NCBI GenBank assembly: GCA_000388065.2
Contig: KB932206.1
Length of the DNA stretch: 64,000 nucleotides
Origin: Fonticula alba ATCC 38817
Lineage: Eukaryota; Protista; Nucleariida
Reading direction: 5' to 3' (one strand)
Made by a program: the position numbers and the translations under genes
In this document: piece by piece, positions 12,180 through 24,823 of the stretch
How positions within the stretch are numbered: position 1 is the first letter of the stretch
Layout of the letters: every line of letters begins with the position of its first letter
The notes under the pieces: model-generated
What the model saw: the letters and a program-made list of their open reading frames with translations, nothing else
Told to the model about the DNA's origin: nothing
Database searches by the model: none

Positions 12180-13896
12180 ATGGGTCGCATGTACACTCCC
12201 GGGTATGTTCAGGCTCTCTCTCTCTCTCTCTCCCCCCCTCCCCCATTGCCTCCTTTCTATGTCCACCTACGCGACCCCCCCCCACCACCTCCCCTACTCT
12301 CCCCTCCCTCTCCTGCCACCACGATGTGGTCTCCAAAAACCCAACCCCGCAGAATGTCTGCGTGTAAGGTGTGGGCGCCTCCCCCTCGTAGGGGAGGGCG
12401 TCCCGTCGGCGAGCGCGTCTTTCTCTTTCTCTCTCGTTCTGCCTCTTCACCATTGAGGAGGAGTCCGAGGGGGCGCGTCTGTCGATGGGCCGTGCATTTC
12501 CGCCTCACCAAGCAACAGTGCCCCCTGAGGCCGAGCGGCTCGCCCTCTCTCTCTCCCCCCCCCTTTTGGCCGGTGATACGGCTCCCCCCCCCCAAAAGAG
12601 AGAGAGAGGGCCCTTGCTCGATGGGCTGCGTCACTTTGCGCGTGAGCCTTCCCCCTCCTCCCGATGTCCCCCCTTCCCCTCTGGGTGCCTGGGTGCGCTC
12701 CGCCTTCTTCCCCCCTGCTCGGGGAGGAGGCGGGGCTGTCTCTCCTCAGGCACACAACAGCGGCAAGGGTGGGGCCCGGGGCCGGAGCGCGGCGGAAGGT
12801 GACCGCGTGGGTGTTTCGCGGATCCACCTCAGTTCTGGGGCCAGTTGTCTGTTTACACTCATTCCTTCCTGCCGGTCCTTGTGGTGCTTGGCCAGACTGT
12901 CTCTCTCCGGTGTCATGGGGAAGGGGGGGGGGCTCGGGGGCGCGCGGCTATCAGCTCGTGTGTGTGTGTGTGTGTGGAAGGTCTTCCTCTTCGCTGGCAG
13001 CTCCACACCTCGCGTGTGCGCGTGCAGGTGTCCTCTTGCCGCGACCAAGCAGCGGCTGTGCCCCCCCCCTATTCCCCCTTGATCCTGTGTGCTCGCCCTG
13101 TTGCATCGTATGTCGCGGCGCCCCGCGGCTGCTCCCAGGTCTCTTTTGTTCCTGGAGCGGCGGGGGGCTCCTTCTTCTCGCACGACTTGCACTGGGGGCC
13201 GGAGTCCACTCGGTCGTTGGGGGAGGGGGCGTAGTGTGGTGCATGCCGGTGTTTGTGTGTGGCCATGCTTGCGCGCATGGGGCAGCCGGTCAAGCCGACT
13301 CCTCCTAGCACACACGCCCGCGTGCGCGCGCTTGCGTGCTCTCCCTCCTCCTCCCTCCGTCGCCGCGCGCGCGCGCGCGCCACCCAGGAGTGCCCCCATA
13401 TGCTGACTGTGTTCCTCCCCCCCCCCCTCTCTCTCTCTCTCTGCTCCCCCCCGTCCTTCGCAGTAAGGGCAAGGCTCGCTCCTCCCTCCCCTACAGCCGC
13501 GCCGCCCCCTCTTGGGTCCCGGTCTCCTCCGACAAGGTTGTCGAGCTGATCTGCCACCACGCCCGCCGTGGTATGCCCCCTTCCCAGATTGGCTCCCTCC
13601 TGCGTGATGCCCACGGTGTCCCCAAGATCCAGTCCATCACCGGTAACAAGATCGTCCGTATCCTGAAGGCCAACGGCCTCGCCCCCGAGATCCCTGAGGA
13701 CCTGTACCAGCTCGTCAAGAAGGCCGTCTCCATCCGCAAGCACCTCGAGCGCTTCCGCAAGGACAAGGATGCCAAGTTCCGCCTGATTCTCGTCGAGTCC
13801 CGCATCCACCGCCTGGCCCGCTACTACCGCACCGCCGGCACCATCCCCCCCAACTGGAAGTACGAGTCCTCCACCGCTTCCGCCATGGTTGCCTAA
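12180..13896 (+). CDS. RPS13: 40S ribosomal protein S13 (uS15), 151 aa; exons 12180-12202 and 13464-13896
   Basis: MGRMYTPG|[12 protein letters not shown]...[11 protein letters not shown]...[46 protein letters not shown]...[14 protein letters not shown]. The spliced length of 456 nt gives the canonical 151 aa. Confidence 0.98.
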
Positions 13897-15064
13897 GCGC
13901 GCGCGCGCCCACTCCATCGCGTGTGTGCGTGTGCTTCCCCCCCCCATCTCGCGCCCCCTCCCTCGGGCGGCCCCGGCCGCGCCTGTGCATGCGCGCCTCT
14001 CCTCTCCTCTTCGCGCCCCCTGACGGCGCGGCGAGGGGAGAGAGGTGTGACTGGCGGTCGCCGTCCGAGGGGCTCGGGCGAGGCCTCGTCTCTCTCTCTC
14101 TCTCTCTTGTCCCCCGCCCTCAGATAGCGAGAGAGACAAGAAGAGGCCGCTCGAGCGCGCGCGCGCACGGGAAAGCGAAGCACAAGCAGGCCGCGAGAGG
14201 CTGTACATTCTCTCGCTGCCAATATACATGTTTACCCTTCCTCCCTTCCCTCTCCTCCAGGGGAGGGATGGGGCCAGGGGGATGTATTCACCATTCTGCT
14301 GTTTTTTCTCTGTGCCGGTGGGGGGTATGCGCATATACAAGAGAGGCCGTCCCTGGGGTCTTCGGGGTCTCTGGGAAAGGGGAGGGGGGTTGTGCGGTCA
14401 AAATGCCTGTGGGTACCTAAGGCCGCGTGCTGAGGGCCGCGCACCCCTCCCCAGGGGTTCGAGGTATGCACCGAGCGCGTGGACCAACACCGGGAGTAAG
14501 CCTCCCGGCTGGCGGCTGCTCACGCACATGGCGCGCCTCGGTGTGCGGGCCCCTCTGACAAAGATGATACAGACAATGGACGGACTCCCTGTCGGAGGAG
14601 ATTCTCCCCCGCCGTTCGCGTTGTGCCCTGTCTCGCGGGGGCGGTTGCTCTCTCACATTCGCCCCTCCCCCCCCCGGGCCCCGACACACGCGGCCCCGTG
14701 GAGAGGTACAGGGTTAGGTTTGAGGAATATCGGCGCGGGTGCAGGCCCAAGTATCAGAATGTCCCGAATAATCACGCGCAAAGAGGGCTGACACCGGTAC
14801 TCCAGAACGGCCATCTGGATACCGCAGAGCGATCTGCCCCCGCCAGGGGGGTGGCACGGGCTCGCCAGCTGGGACGTCTGTGCCGGCCTTCCTCGGGGAC
14901 GCATGCCGTTCGTAAGGCCCCCGGCGAAGGGACAGAGAGAGACACACAGAGCGGAGCGTGGCGCGGCACCGAAGCACATCGAGCAGCACACAGGATCTCA
15001 AGGGAGGGGTGTTGGTGTATTGCCTTGGGGTAGGGCGCACGCCGGCTGCGCACGCATGCGCGTG

Positions 15065-16178
15065 TCAATAGACAGCGCCATCTGTGGCACACATCCATAC
15101 AAGGGGCAGTTACGGTCGTCAGCAGAGGATCGTTCGGTGAGTGTCCAGTCGGGCATGCCCCTTCCGGGGAAGCAGAGGCAGCATGTCCCCGTGTCTTGCC
15201 CGCGGGCAGCAACGCACCATCACCGCCGTCATTGTAGTCATCAAAGTCGTCGGCACCATCCTCAAAGTCTCCGTAGTCCTCGACATAGTCGTTGTCTTCG
15301 TCATCGTCATCCTCCTCCTCTTCAACAATCGGGTCGCCATTCTCGTCGACTTCCTCCTCTTCGGAGCCGACGTCCAAGTCTAGGGAGGCCGGGGGAAGGG
15401 TGGCTGGCGCGTGAGTGGTCGGCGGCCAAGGGGTCCTGCGTGCGTGCGTGCGTGCGTGCGCGTGCGTGCGCGTGCATGCGCGTATGTGCCAAAGCGTACC
15501 GTCCAGATTGGCACCGCTGCGCTCCATCTCGGTCAGCTCGCCGAGGCGAGCCATCTGCTCCTGCTGACGCGCGGCAATCCGAGCGCGGATGAGGGCTGCC
15601 CGCTCGGCCTGAGCGCGTGCCCGGTGGGCGCCGCGTGCGTGCGCGATGCGCAGCTCCTCCGGCAGGGTCCACGGCGCGGTGCGAATCGAATGCAGCCGAT
15701 CATATGCGGCCGACGGGTCCAGCTCGAAACGGTCCAGGTACATCTCGATCTTGCGCTCGGGTGGTAGCTCGGACGTCTGTGAGGCAAAAGAAAAGCCGGA
15801 CCCCTGGGCCGATTTGGCGGATCGCTCGGCCGCCACCTCGGCCGTCAGCGAGGACAGGTGGTACGGCGAGTAGCGCATGTTAATGCGGATAAACTGCGCA
15901 TGACGCAGGATGCCCGGCAGGGGGACGCCGGCCCCGGTGTCCGACAAGCACTCCGGGTCCTGGGGCAGGGGCATGTTCGGCATCGGCTGTGTGGCGCCGG
16001 TGTCAGCCGTGATGGCGGTGGGTGGGTGGCCGCACTGTCAGCAGGGCGCCGGCAGGGCAGGAGCGGGGGCTGGGGCCGGGGAGGGCACGGGACAGCGAGC
16101 ACGCACAGGAAAGGCCAACGGGGGGGGCTCAACGACGGTGGCCTTCCGTGGCACGTAGGCATTCTTCTTCGGGGGCAT
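15065..16178 (-). CDS. RPC31: RNA polymerase III subunit RPC31/RPC7 (POLR3G-like), about 261 aa; exons 16107-16178, 15500-16034, 15218-15379, 15065-15081
   Basis: N-terminal PPPLAFP, MRYSPYHL, KIEMYLDRF (compare IERYSxxY), LPEEL, and an acidic tail EEEEDDDDEDNDYVEDYGDFEDG...DGAVY*. The tail matches the NDYxxxYFxDG...Y pattern of Rpc31. Splice phases are consistent. Confidence 0.75.
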
Positions 16179-16633
16179 TGTGAGTGGCGATAGCGCGGTC
16201 GCCTGCGGGCATCCGACGGGGCTGGGCCTGGGAGTAAAGGAGGGAGAAAAGGCGGAAAGGGGAGAGGGGGAAGAGGGCAAGCGGAGAAGGGGGGGGGGGG
16301 ATGTTTGGGGCCACACTGGCGGCTCGTGCTTGGGGATCTAGGTCTCTTGGCAGGCCGGTGGCCGTCTTTGAGTCTTAGCCTACTGCACATTGGTGAAGGG
16401 ACGTGGCCCCCGCGCCCCACCCCACAGGAGTGAGGCTGCAACGACGAGCCATGGAGATCCCGGAGCGGCGGGCGGCCTCTTCCTCCGTTGGTACATCGGA
16501 TGCCAATGGACGTGTTCGGTGTGTCCGCCGCCCGGGGCAGGCGTGTGACGTCCCAGGCCTGAGCAAGATGCACATGGCCCAAGTGAGGAAGGAGCCCCCA
16601 CCGGTCGGCTGGACCCTTCGGTGCACGCGTGTG

Positions 16634-16700
<67 letters not shown>

Positions 16701-17001
16701 CTGGCACTCTTGGTGTCTCCGTCATTGCCTGTTTGGCCCTCTCGCTGTGTGTGTATGTTAGTGAGCCTTTGTGCGAAGATGCACACGCCAGGAGGAGGAG
16801 GCGCCCCAGTGTTCGGGATCAAATGCTGAATTTATTGTGACCTACGACCCTCCAGCCGCGACTTGCGATCAGCGTCGCGCCATCTCCCGAAGAGGATGCA
16901 GGCAAGGGAGGCTGGCGCCGAGACAGCACGGCTCAGAACTCCTCCCCTCCCCTCCCGTCATCTCCTCCTCCCCCCCCCCCCCCTGCCCCCTTTCTTTCGG
17001 C

Positions 17002-17439
17002 ATGTCTTCCACTGGCTCCCTGCCCGGCACGACCCCCGGCGATATTCGTGTGGTCGACGTCACTCCGATCTCCCCTGAGAGCGCCAACGCCATCCTGCAC
17101 AAGTACGCCAACATCGCCTCCCTCCTCTGGCGATAGTTGCAGTCGACAGTCCTCCCCACCTCCCTATTCGCCATGCGGCCTCGTGCGGCACTTGCATGCT
17201 CCTTTCCCCTTCTTTCCTCACCCGGTCCATGTTTTGCCCCCTTCCTCCCCCCTGGGAGCGCCCCGCACCCTCGCCTCCTTGAGTCTCGCCTGCCTGACCT
17301 CCTCCCCCCTCCCCCCCCCCCCCCCCCCCCCCCCCCCCGCCCTGCCTGCCCGCCCGGGCCTCTGTGCAACCCGGATCTCGGTGCTCAGGTTCCTGTCCCA
17401 TGATGCCCCTCTGCGCAATGTCCCGCAGGACATCCGTTC
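17002..17439 (+). CDS. Small hypothetical protein truncated by a gap (MSSTGSLPGTTPGDIRVVDVTPISPESANAILHK|FLSHDAPLRNVPQDIR...)
   Basis: ATG at 17002, a GTACGC donor at about 17103 and a CTCAG acceptor at about 17388 keep the frame open up to the gap at 17440. It may be the 5' part of the downstream NERD gene or a separate gene. Confidence 0.35.
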
Positions 17440-17986
17440 NNNNNNNNNNNNNNNNNNNNNNNNNNNNNNNNNNNNNNNNNNNNNNNNNNNNNNNNNNNNN
17501 NNNNNNNNNNNNNNNNNNNNNNNNNNNNNNNNNNNNNNNNNNNNNNNNNNNNNNNNNNNNNNNNNNNNNNNNNNNNNNNNNNNNNNNNNNNNNNNNNNNN
17601 NNNNNNNNNNNNNNNNNNNNNNNNNNNNNNNNNNNNNNNNNNNNNNNNNNNNNNNNNNNNNNNNNNNNNNNNNNNNNNNNNNNNNNNNNNNNNNNNNNNN
17701 NNNNNNNNNNNNNNNNNNNNNNNNNNNNNNNNNNNNNNNNNNNNNNNNNNNNNNNNNNNNNNNNNNNNNNNNNNNNNNNNNNNNNNNNNNNNNNNNNNNN
17801 NNNNNNNNNNNNNNNNNNNNNNNNNNNNNNNNNNNNNNNNNNNNNNNNNNNNNNNNNNNNNNNNNNNNNNNNNNNNNNNNNNNNNNNNNNNNNNNNNNNN
17901 NNNNNNNNNNNNNNNNNNNNNNNNNNNNNNNNNNNNNNNNNNNNNNNNNNNNNNNNNNNNNNNNNNNNNCCTCGCACACATACACG

Positions 17987-19675
17987 ATGGCCCCTCCTCA
18001 GCCCATCCCCCCGAATGCGACCCTCTACAAGGCCACCAACCCGGCGTACCCCTCGCCGGGTCTCTCGCAGCGCCTCTCGCAGGCGTGGAACCTCGGGTCT
18101 CCGCCCTCCTCGGCGGCCGAGGTCGGCCTGACGCACGAGGCGTACGCGCCGAGCGTGGCTCGTGACGCCGGCCGTGCCGGTGAGGAGGAGCTCGAGGCGC
18201 ATCTTGTCAAGCACCTGAACAAGTCCAAGGCCCGCGCGGTGTTCGGCAACGTGCGCATCCCGGGCGAGCTGATCACCGAGGGGACCGCCCCGCCCCGGCC
18301 GAAGCGCCGCTTTGAGGCCGATGCGGTCATTGCCCTGCCTGGCATCTGTCTGGTCGTGGAGATCAAGAACTATGGCGGGTCGATCGTCAGCTCGCCCTCC
18401 TTCCAGAACCTGACGTGCGCGCCAGCAGCCTGCCCTTTGCCGCTTGTCGCCTGGCGGCTCCTCCTCATCGGCCAGTGCTAACCATCACGCCCACGCACAA
18501 ACACATGCAAACACATTCGCACCCTTTCGCGACCGGCCACGGGTCGCGACCTGCCGGGTCCCAAACTGCTCCACAGCCAGACGACCACCACCGGCCAGAC
18601 GCGCAAGCATGGCAACCCGGTGTTGGAGAACCACGCCAAGGCCAAGGCCCTGCGTCAGTACCTGAAGCATGAGGGCATCGACACCCCCGAGGACTACATT
18701 GTCACCTGGTAGGGCCACACCTCCTTGGCATTTCCCTCTCCACTTGCGTGTTTCTTTTTCTGACCCCTTCTCGGCTTGCCTTGGTCCCTCGCCGGGTTTT
18801 CAGCGTGGCCTTTGTCAATACTTCCACCGAGTACACCGGGAAGGTTGCCGAGCACCAGGACTCCCTGCATGGTGACCGCGTACGTCTCTCTCTCTCTCTC
18901 TCCCCCTCCCTCTTCCTCCATGCTTCCCCTCGGTCGTTTGTCCTGTCTCCCATGCATGCGCACCAGGGACAAGGCACGCAGATGCATATTCTTACCAAGA
19001 CCCCCCCCCCCCCTGCCCCGCTGTTGGCCAACACCTCCATGACAGTATAAGGCCTTCCTGAAGGCCGCCGAAGCCGGCCCCGAGAAGGCCGGTCTCGCTT
19101 TGCGCCAGCTCCTCCGCCCGTCGGCTGCCACTCCGTCAGACAGCGCCACCAAGGTGGACCTGCAGAAGGTTCGCCTGATCCTGGCCTCGTTGCCCACCTG
19201 GGACGAGATTTTCATGGTCGGCGGGGCCCTGGTGCCCGGTGACATTCGCGGTGTGCGGGTTGGCCCGGCCGAGGTGACCGATGCCTCTGGCACCCGGCCC
19301 AACCATCCCTTCCCGCTGGAGCGCCCGGAGCCCGGGGCCCTGGCCGGCAGCAACCCCACCCCGCAGACGGTGGGTCACCCGCGTGGGGGGCGTTTCATCG
19401 CCCTGATGCGGGCTCTCTCCTCGGCGCCGATGGTCAGCATCCCCGGTGTCAAGGAGCGCGTTCCTCTGTCGGATGGGTTCCTGATCTTCCGTCGGGTGGC
19501 TTCCATGGAGGATGAGGCCCTCCCCCTGTCGGCGGTCTTGCGCATCACCCTCTCGCCGGCGTGCAAGTTCGATGTCGAGGCGCGTAAGGCCTTCCTTGAT
19601 CGCGAGGCCAAGCGCCAGGAGAATGCCGCGCGCCATCATGAGCGCCAGCAGAAGCAGCAGGGCGCCAAGAAGTAG
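17987..19675 (+). CDS. NERD-domain (nuclease-related, PD-(D/E)xK fold) protein, about 421 aa; exons 17987-18414, 18577-18708, 18804-18879, 19046-19675
   Basis: AGEEELEAHL...VFGNVRIP...FEADAVIALPGICLVVEIKNYGGSI...RKHGNPVLENHAKAKALRQYL fits the NERD pattern (GE..L, NxRIP, E-x-D, E-x-KNY-x-G, NP). The C-terminal part has LPTWDEIFMVGGALVPGD. Three GT-AG introns are frame-compatible. A gap just upstream leaves the start uncertain. Confidence 0.7.
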
Positions 19676-20081
19676 CAGCTTAGAGCCACATCCAAGCGCA
19701 CGTGCGTGTGTGCCATGCGCGTCCTGTCCCTTCCGGAACGAGGGCCGCATGAGGGGCACCCACCCTGCGTTGCCCTCTCTCTTTCTCTCTCCCTCCCTCC
19801 CCCCGTGGAAGTGCCATGGCGGATTCTCCTATCCCTCCCCGTTCGGAGAGAGGGGGCAACGACCCCCCCCCCCCTAACAACAATAAATTCACAACACACA
19901 AGAGAGAGAGTTTTTTCCGCCTGGAAGGGATCCGAGGAAAGGAGAGGCGGCGCTTTGATGTCCTCGGGTGGGAGATCTTGCGGGGTTTCCTCCGCCTGGC
20001 CTCCTTTTGTTCTTTCTAGCCACGTCTTCAAGCCGCGTCCCTCGCTCCGCCTGTGTGTGGCCTTTCCCTGGCATGGATCTT

Positions 20082-20132
<51 letters not shown>

Positions 20133-20549
20133 GTGGTGGTCGCTCGGGATGGGAAGACGCGGATTCAAGTCAGCCGAGGCCAATAATATCCGGCTGTGAG
20201 AGTGGGCACTTCTATCGATTGATGATCACGCGACATACACTCGCATGGCCCTTTCCCTCTCATCTTCAACTCCGGCGTCCGAATGCCTGCACGCGTCCGT
20301 GTCCGTTCGTGTCCGCCTGTGTCCGTGTTTGTGTGTGTGTGTGTGTGTGTGTGTGCATGTTTGGCTGGATGTTTCCGGGTGCCGTCTGCCCCTCCCCCCC
20401 CCCGCCCCCGGCCCGCCCCATCAAGGCACCGTTTCCCCTCCCTCCCTTCAGGGGTCCGCCCCGGGGTCCGCGCCCTGATATGACCTTCCATGCAATCCCC
20501 TCGCGCGATCCCCGTGTCCGTGCGTGCGTGCGTGCGTGCGCGCGTCTGA

Positions 20550-22128
<1,579 letters not shown>

Positions 22129-24312
22129 AGGCAAGCTGGAGAGGGGGGGGGGGGGATGGCCGGCAGGTGCGGAGAAAAGGGGCTGCGGCTTTCTTCATCT
22201 CCCCCTCTCTCGCTTGTCCGTTTGTCTTTTTCCCCTCGAGCTCATGCCCACTCTGTTTTTCTTTTTTTTTACCTCCTCGACCATGGGGCAGAAGAACGCA
22301 AAGGGGGGCGGTGGTGATACGCGCGTAGGCGACCCCCACAGCCATGTGCACATAGATGCATCTTCCTGCACCGGAGGCGCATCCGCTCCTCCTTTGGTCC
22401 CCCTCTGCTCCTCTGGATCCACCCAGCCAATACAAACACCTGTACATTATCAGCCATTGACCTGCTCGTGTTCGAGCGCCGCTCCGCGATCTCATCCTTC
22501 TTTTGTGCGCCCAATTCCGCCGCCGCCCAGGAGAGGGGGGGGGGGGGGCGGGGGGCGGAAGGCGGGGTCAAAAGCGGCGCCAGGTCGAAGGCGGATCTCT
22601 CCGCACGGTCGGCGCCGAGAAGCAGAGGCGTGCTTAAAAGCAGGATCCAGCACGGGTGGGGGTTAGTTGGCACATGCCCGTCCGTGGCGCTGGTCATGCA
22701 ACGAATCACACAGAACTCCCCGGGCGTGATTCGAGAGGAGAGTGGAATGCGATTTGTGCAATAACATTACACAATGTGGCCAGCCCGAGTCGCGCGTGCG
22801 TGCTCCGAGGTCCACAGCCCGGCGCGGGGGGGGGGGGGCGTGAGCCAGAGGGGAGAGGCGTGCGTGGTAAATGGGGCGGCGAGGGCGGCCGGGGGTGGGG
22901 GCTTTTTGACTCGTTGGTGCGAGGGGCCGGCGTCCTCCCTGCGCGGCCTTTCGACCGGAGGNNNNNNNNNNNNNNNNNNNNNNNNNNNNNNNNNNNNNNN
23001 NNNNNNNNNNNNNNNNNNNNNNNNNNNNNNNNNNNNNNNNNNNNNNNNNNNNNNNNNNNNNNNNNNNNNNNNNNNNNNNNNNNNNNNNNNNNNNNNNNNN
23101 NNNNNNNNNNNNNNNNNNNNNNNNNNNNNNNNNNNNNNNNNNNNNNNNNNNNNNNNNNNNNNNNNNNNNNNNNNNNNNNNNNNNNNNNNNNNNNNNNNNN
23201 NNNNNNNNNNNNNNNNNNNNNNNNNNNNNNNNNNNNNNNNNNNNNNNNNNNNNNNNNNNNNNNNNNNNNNNNNNNNNNNNNNNNNNCGAGCGGAGAAGGC
23301 GGTGAGTCCTGCGGGAGGCAAGGGGGGGGGGGGCAACGCAGGGGGAGTCTGGGCGGCAGGATCGGGGGCCTGTCTCTGAAACTGCCATCTCGATTGCCTT
23401 TTTTTTATCGGGCCGCGGGGGAGGAGTGGGCCACACGGGGAGAGCCCGACGGTCAGCGCCTCCCCGCCCCTCTCCCCCCCCCCCCCGTGGTCGGTGCCCT
23501 TCTTTCCGGGTCACCTGTGTGGTGGTTTCCCCTCTCCGTGAGGGGGGAGGGCGTGGTTCTCGCCCGCTCTGATGGAGGCCGGTCACACGCGCATACCTGC
23601 AGACGGGCCCGACCACCTGCAGAGGCCGTTCACCTCTCGGTCGTCAGGACCCAGCACCCTGGGGGGGGGGGGGGTGGCCCGAGGGGGGCGGGGTATGGCG
23701 GGGAGCGGCGGTCGGAGGGCCTGCGCGCAGGAGCGCGGGCGGCGGGTCGGAAAATTGACACCGGCGATGGAGGGGATCCCCTTGGCCGCTGCGTGTGAGG
23801 CCCCTCCCGCGAAGGGGTTCGCGTGTTTGTGCGGGGCACGGAGCCGTGCCCGGGTGTTGTCGCCCGGCTTCGGGCCGATGGGACGGTCTGCCGCGGTCTC
23901 CGCTTGCCAATTGCTGGGCCTGTCTTTGGTGGGGGGGGCGGGCTGCGGCACCGCGAGCGCATTCGCAGCCGACCTGTCGATCGCAAGAGCCAAGCGTGGC
24001 GGTCGTCGTCGGGCAGCCGATTCCCCGCCGGTCTGGCGGGGCCCCTCTCGTCGCTCGCACTGGCCCTCGCCTGTGTGGCGGCGGTGGCGGTGCCGGCGAC
24101 GATGGGGGCCGGGGGGAGGAAGCACGGGCTGGGGGTCTCGCGGTCCAAGGACCCTTCGCTGCCCGCCCTCCCGCGGGGGGGGGAGGGGGCAAGCTCCTCG
24201 CGGCCAGATTGCCCCCGATCAAATTGCCGCCGGGCCCCAGCGAAGATCGTGGCCCAGTCCGAGCTCCTCGGGCCCGGGGGGGGGGGGTGGCGGGGTCGTG
24301 GGCCCGGGGCCT

Positions 24313-24344
<32 letters not shown>

Positions 24345-24784
24345 TTTTCGTGGAGTGCGTGCGGGCACATGCATGCTCACGGGTGGGCGGGCCGGTGGAT
24401 CGGCCCGTTGGCCGGGCCGCGCACAACCCCCCCCTGCTCGGGCGGTGGGCATGCCTAAACTAATGTGAATATTGTTCATCCTTGCCCGGGCAATCCCTGG
24501 TAACCGGCGTCTCTCGTCCACCGTCCGCAGGGGGGCAGGTGCCAGCGGGGCGTTTGCGCGCGTGGGTACGCTTCCGCTGGTGGTGATTGGAGTCGAGAGG
24601 CGGCCCGGGGCGGTATTCGCCCGGGGGTGCCATGAGGGATGCCCGCCCAGGCCTGGTGCGGGCGAGGCGCCGGCTGGTCTGGGCTCACGCCTCCCGGGGG
24701 GGGGCAGAGGTCGCGGGCCTTCGGAGCGTGCAGGGCGCCCTCGCATCGGGGTCGGCTTCGTGGCAGGTGAGCCTGCTTGCTTCG

Positions 24785-24823
<39 letters not shown>

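Noticed and set aside
12203-13463. U14 or other box C/D snoRNA in the RPS13 intron
   Set aside because: No RTGATGA box C and no U14 domain A/B sequence is visible. I kept it only as an open question in the findings.
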